Source: a virus (taxonomy: Duplodnaviria > Caudoviricetes). From it: a stretch of DNA of 64,000 nt. The stretch lies in the IMG/VR virus record IMGVR_UViG_3300031994_000071, positions 11,222 to 75,221 of that record; one strand, written 5' to 3'. Shown one piece after another: positions 61,501 to 64,000 of this stretch. Made by a program: the position numbers and the translations under genes. Under the pieces are notes generated by a model, which saw only the letters and a list, made by a program, of their open reading frames with translations, was not told the origin of the DNA and searched no databases. Within the stretch, counting starts at the first letter, position 1. Each line of letters begins with the position of its first letter.

Positions 61501-63989
61501 ATATGATGAATGAGGCTTTTGAGAAAGCGAAGAAGCATGGAGCGAGCGGCGATTTGACAACTTTCCTCAGCCAGCAGATTACAGGCAGTTCAAACAAGGC
61601 GAAAGCGCTCCGTGATTTTCAGGCGCTATTGCAGTCGCTATGGGATGCTAAGACCGACCTCGATACCACTCAGAAGACGAAGGATTTTGAGGACGCCTTC
61701 AAGCGCATGAAGGACGATTTGAGGCAGAGCGAGACCGTGAAGAAGTTCTACGATGATCTCCTGTCCATGACCGGTGATTCCGACCTTGCCACGACCATCA
61801 CGGTGTCCGTTTATGGCGGCATCGGCCAGGACTTCAAGGAGCGTATGCAGTCGCAGTTGAATGAGGCTTTCGCGTCCCTCGGCGCCGATGCAAAGACTCC
61901 CGAAATGAAGGCTGCTATTGACAGTCAGGATTTCGGGTATATCCTCGACAATCTTAGTCAGTTCCCGAAGGAGTGGCAGGATGTCTTGAAGGACATGGCC
62001 AAGGACAGCCAGAAGCACTATGCCGACATGATGATGGATATTGCGAAGGCGTATGAGAAGGCCAAGGACTACGACGAGCGCAGAACGGATATCCATAACC
62101 GTGAGGCTCAGCGCAGGGTTGAAATTGAAGAGTGGTACAAAAGGGAACTTGAGCGTATCCGGAAGGAGGAGGAGGCAGGTCAGATTACTTCTGACGAGGC
62201 TACGGCCCAGCGAGCGAAAGCAGCGAAAGTTAAGGATACTTACACTGCCGCATCGAACCAGAAAGAGGCAAAAGAAACAGCCGCCATTGACGTCGAGGAG
62301 TTAAAGAACACCTATGAATGGACAAAGGCTTTTGAAGACCTCGATCGTGTCGGGAATAAGACTCTTTCGGACCTTGCCGTCAAGATTCAGGAAATTATTG
62401 ACAAGGAGGGCAACCTTCTTACTCCTGAGCAGTTGAAGGCTATGTCTGATGCTTTGGAAAAGGTTAAGAATACCGGGGCATCCAGGAACCCTATCACGGC
62501 TGTGAGCGAGGGCTTTACAGGCGCGAGACTTGCCAAGCAGGGTATGTCCGCCATTGCCTCTGGCGATCCAACGGCAATTAACAATGCGAAAAAGGCGATT
62601 GATGCCTTCAATGAATCCGCAAAGGGTACTGTTAAACTTGATTTTGACCACCTTGAGGACGGCTTCCGTGATGCAAATAAGCAGATGGAGAAGGGTATCG
62701 AGGGAATGGCTGACTATGTTAGTGCATGGGGCCAGTTAGCAAGCGGATTGCAGACCGTCCGTGATTACATGGGTGAGGTGTTTGATATTGAGGATATTCC
62801 GATTGTTGACGAAGTGTTAAAGGGCGTAACGGACTCACTCTCCTTCATATCGGCCATTCTCCCGGTGATTATTACGCTGAACGGCATCTTGAACGGCACC
62901 CTTATGATGAACCCCTTCATCGCCATGGCCGCAGGTATCATTGCGACCATCGGTGCTGTTGTCGGTCTCATTAAGGGTATTATCAATGCAAAGGTTGAGC
63001 GCCTGAACAAAAAGATTGAGGAGCAGGAGGATATTCTGCACAACCTTGAGAAGGACTATGACGCCCTGGATAAGGCCATCCAGAAGGCTTTCGGCTCCGA
63101 TTATATCAGCACCTACAACCAGCAGTTGAAGATAATGGAGGCCCAGATTGCCGCATATCGTGAGCAGGCCAGACTGGAGCGAGAGAAGGGTAAGAAGGCT
63201 GATGAAGATACGGCGAAAGGGTATGAGGAGGAAGCCGAGAAACTTGAGCAGAAGATGGCTGAAATGCGGTCACAGGTTTCCGAGTTCATGGCCGATTCCG
63301 ACGTAACCTCTGCGGCCAAGTCCTTCGCTGAGTCCTGGATTGACGCCTACAAGCAGTTTGCTTTCACGTCCGGGGCCATCAAGGAGAACTTCAAGGAGAT
63401 GATTGATTCCATGGTGGTCAACTCCCTTGCGGCCAAGATCATCCAGGGAATCTTGCAGCCCATCTTCGACGATATTGACCGCCTGGCCCAGGAAGGCGAG
63501 GAACTGTCCGAGCAGGATATTGCGAATATCGCCGCTGAGACAGAGGTTGCCACTGAGAAGATTGACACCGCCATGCAGGCCCTCATGCAGCGCCTTGCTG
63601 CCGCCGGTATCAACATGCGTGCGACCGGCAGCGACCTTTCCGGCATCAGCAAGGACATCGCCGGTGCATCCGAGGAGAGCATCAACGGCCTGGCGGCTGG
63701 CATCAACACGCAGAACTTCTACATGTCGTACATGCCCGCCATCAGCGCGACCGTAGATGCCATCCTCGCGGCCATCGGAGGCTCCACCGGCGAGAACACT
63801 GCTGCTGGTCGTGCCATGGCCAGGGCCGCTTCCGCTGAGAACCAGACCGGCCAGACCTTCGGTGACGAGACCTTCCGTGGACAGATGCAGCGCATCGACG
63901 AGAACATTTCGGAAATGCGGTACATGCTCAAGAGTGTGATTACCCCGAAGAGTGCGAATACAAACACTCATGCTGTTGCGACAAAATAA
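58575..63989 (+). CDS. Tape measure protein
   Basis: 1804 aa, Ala-rich helical; FEMQRVAL...AIQSPFEI..LV..TKQLSAY tape_meas-like segment. Confidence 0.93.
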   Translation: MATELPVFIDIDKAFKEAAGRVKTAMKPLQSVLDSAPASLFIDVKIGKSKKVLADLFLDETTSVQKFQEALNSVEAKINKLAAKGGFSLLKGLTGEEKNLLEAATILESKIKGVGNASSTMGKVLTINMKTAEAEIAKYTAQLDKLQRKQNMAGKLTGGTDPRVDYSKYGKQIDLINAKIQQQRTFLSACAIELDRMGLGAAKVGVAVDLTNKQAIEMAASFRRGHEYIQRWNAGFATAGSHLGALIKSSVTLIGLHSATRFIQNVRNVTAEFEMQRVALGGIIQDTEKAESLFKRLKAAAIQSPFEIKDLVSFTKQLSAYRIETENLFDVTMRLADISAGLGVDMSRLVLAYGQVRAAAVLRGQELRQFTEAGIPLVDLLAEKFSKLNGRTVKTAEVFDLISKRAVPFSMIKEIFEDMTNAGGIFYKMQEKQSETLKGQWMKLKDAASIMYDEIGNTDSVHNAMTDLLAVSMKLMQNWRETGKVLGAAAASYVAYRVVIANARIAANALTAAEVAEISALELNTVSRSKLIAAIWGEATATKVQIALGNAYVAVKQKEMMATNLFTKALYRMLAAMLKNPYALAAAAIAALIVVIVRLAKKTDDSRISIDKFQKSIEAFNKADSHAKDIDKLCDKYDQLSKKTNRSKEETDELVRVTKELGRAYPQAITGTNAQTGALDLNTAAIRENNKEAREAIRLALERDKHKAETSMSDLVEERNKIIQQLQSGKGGYWQIGSQFSPGGYVEYDLSDDDRAKLGERLMEINQQIGDFQTAIDEADAALQGLTKDLIGPPLPDFFGDAWRSQLNSYTTTLKSTGTAIKALTKDQIEGFGDQMEALKAVAKEYEAQTALVDFYTKALQTATGARKVQTQQSLDDALLMQAMYKKILEDFNALDLLKTPHGTGYSQDPFIRQMENRVKFMKDFKKGYDDLNMYMNKAGALGRESDIMLSRGLSLGISASDQKRAAEELSGWYTDMMNEAFEKAKKHGASGDLTTFLSQQITGSSNKAKALRDFQALLQSLWDAKTDLDTTQKTKDFEDAFKRMKDDLRQSETVKKFYDDLLSMTGDSDLATTITVSVYGGIGQDFKERMQSQLNEAFASLGADAKTPEMKAAIDSQDFGYILDNLSQFPKEWQDVLKDMAKDSQKHYADMMMDIAKAYEKAKDYDERRTDIHNREAQRRVEIEEWYKRELERIRKEEEAGQITSDEATAQRAKAAKVKDTYTAASNQKEAKETAAIDVEELKNTYEWTKAFEDLDRVGNKTLSDLAVKIQEIIDKEGNLLTPEQLKAMSDALEKVKNTGASRNPITAVSEGFTGARLAKQGMSAIASGDPTAINNAKKAIDAFNESAKGTVKLDFDHLEDGFRDANKQMEKGIEGMADYVSAWGQLASGLQTVRDYMGEVFDIEDIPIVDEVLKGVTDSLSFISAILPVIITLNGILNGTLMMNPFIAMAAGIIATIGAVVGLIKGIINAKVERLNKKIEEQEDILHNLEKDYDALDKAIQKAFGSDYISTYNQQLKIMEAQIAAYREQARLEREKGKKADEDTAKGYEEEAEKLEQKMAEMRSQVSEFMADSDVTSAAKSFAESWIDAYKQFAFTSGAIKENFKEMIDSMVVNSLAAKIIQGILQPIFDDIDRLAQEGEELSEQDIANIAAETEVATEKIDTAMQALMQRLAAAGINMRATGSDLSGISKDIAGASEESINGLAAGINTQNFYMSYMPAISATVDAILAAIGGSTGENTAAGRAMARAASAENQTGQTFGDETFRGQMQRIDENISEMRYMLKSVITPKSANTNTHAVATK

Positions 63990-64000
63990 AATACTTTTTG

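Noticed and set aside
1-64000. Stop-codon reassignment (TAG/TGA) as in some gut phages
   Set aside because: TerL, portal, MCP, helicases and tape measure are full length in code 11; TAG and TGA occur at well-coupled gene ends; no suppressor tRNA

Overview
About 64 kb of a tailed (siphovirus-type) phage of Bacteroidales. The host is inferred from TTTG-N19-21-TAnnTTTG promoters, AT-rich non-SD starts and DUF3127/DUF6371-like genes. The window opens inside the tail/lysis module (+, 1-6.2 kb). About 75 small accessory/early genes follow on the minus strand (6.2-32.2 kb), then a 1.35-kb non-coding divergence region. After that come a plus-strand DNA metabolism block with four tRNA-like genes (33.6-48.1 kb), terminase-portal on the minus strand, and head/tail genes ending with the tape measure (51.6-64 kb). 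No DNA polymerase, tyrosine integrase, reverse transcriptase, CRISPR array or stop-codon recoding was seen. Main signals not explained by the gene list: (1) about 15 sigma54 (-24/-12) consensus sites, all on the sense strand of their gene block, with no sigma54 or AAA+ activator gene in the window; (2) a Stealth-like sugar(-phosphate) transferase inside the tail operon, together with Ser-Gly tails on capsid and tail-tube proteins, suggesting virion glycosylation; (3) a divergent adenylosuccinate-synthetase-like/vWA operon preceded by a gene broken at a poly-G tract; (4) tRNAs with non-canonical anticodon arms, including Leu(AAG); (5) several candidate structured RNAs. All calls come from reading the sequence by eye; no database search was run.
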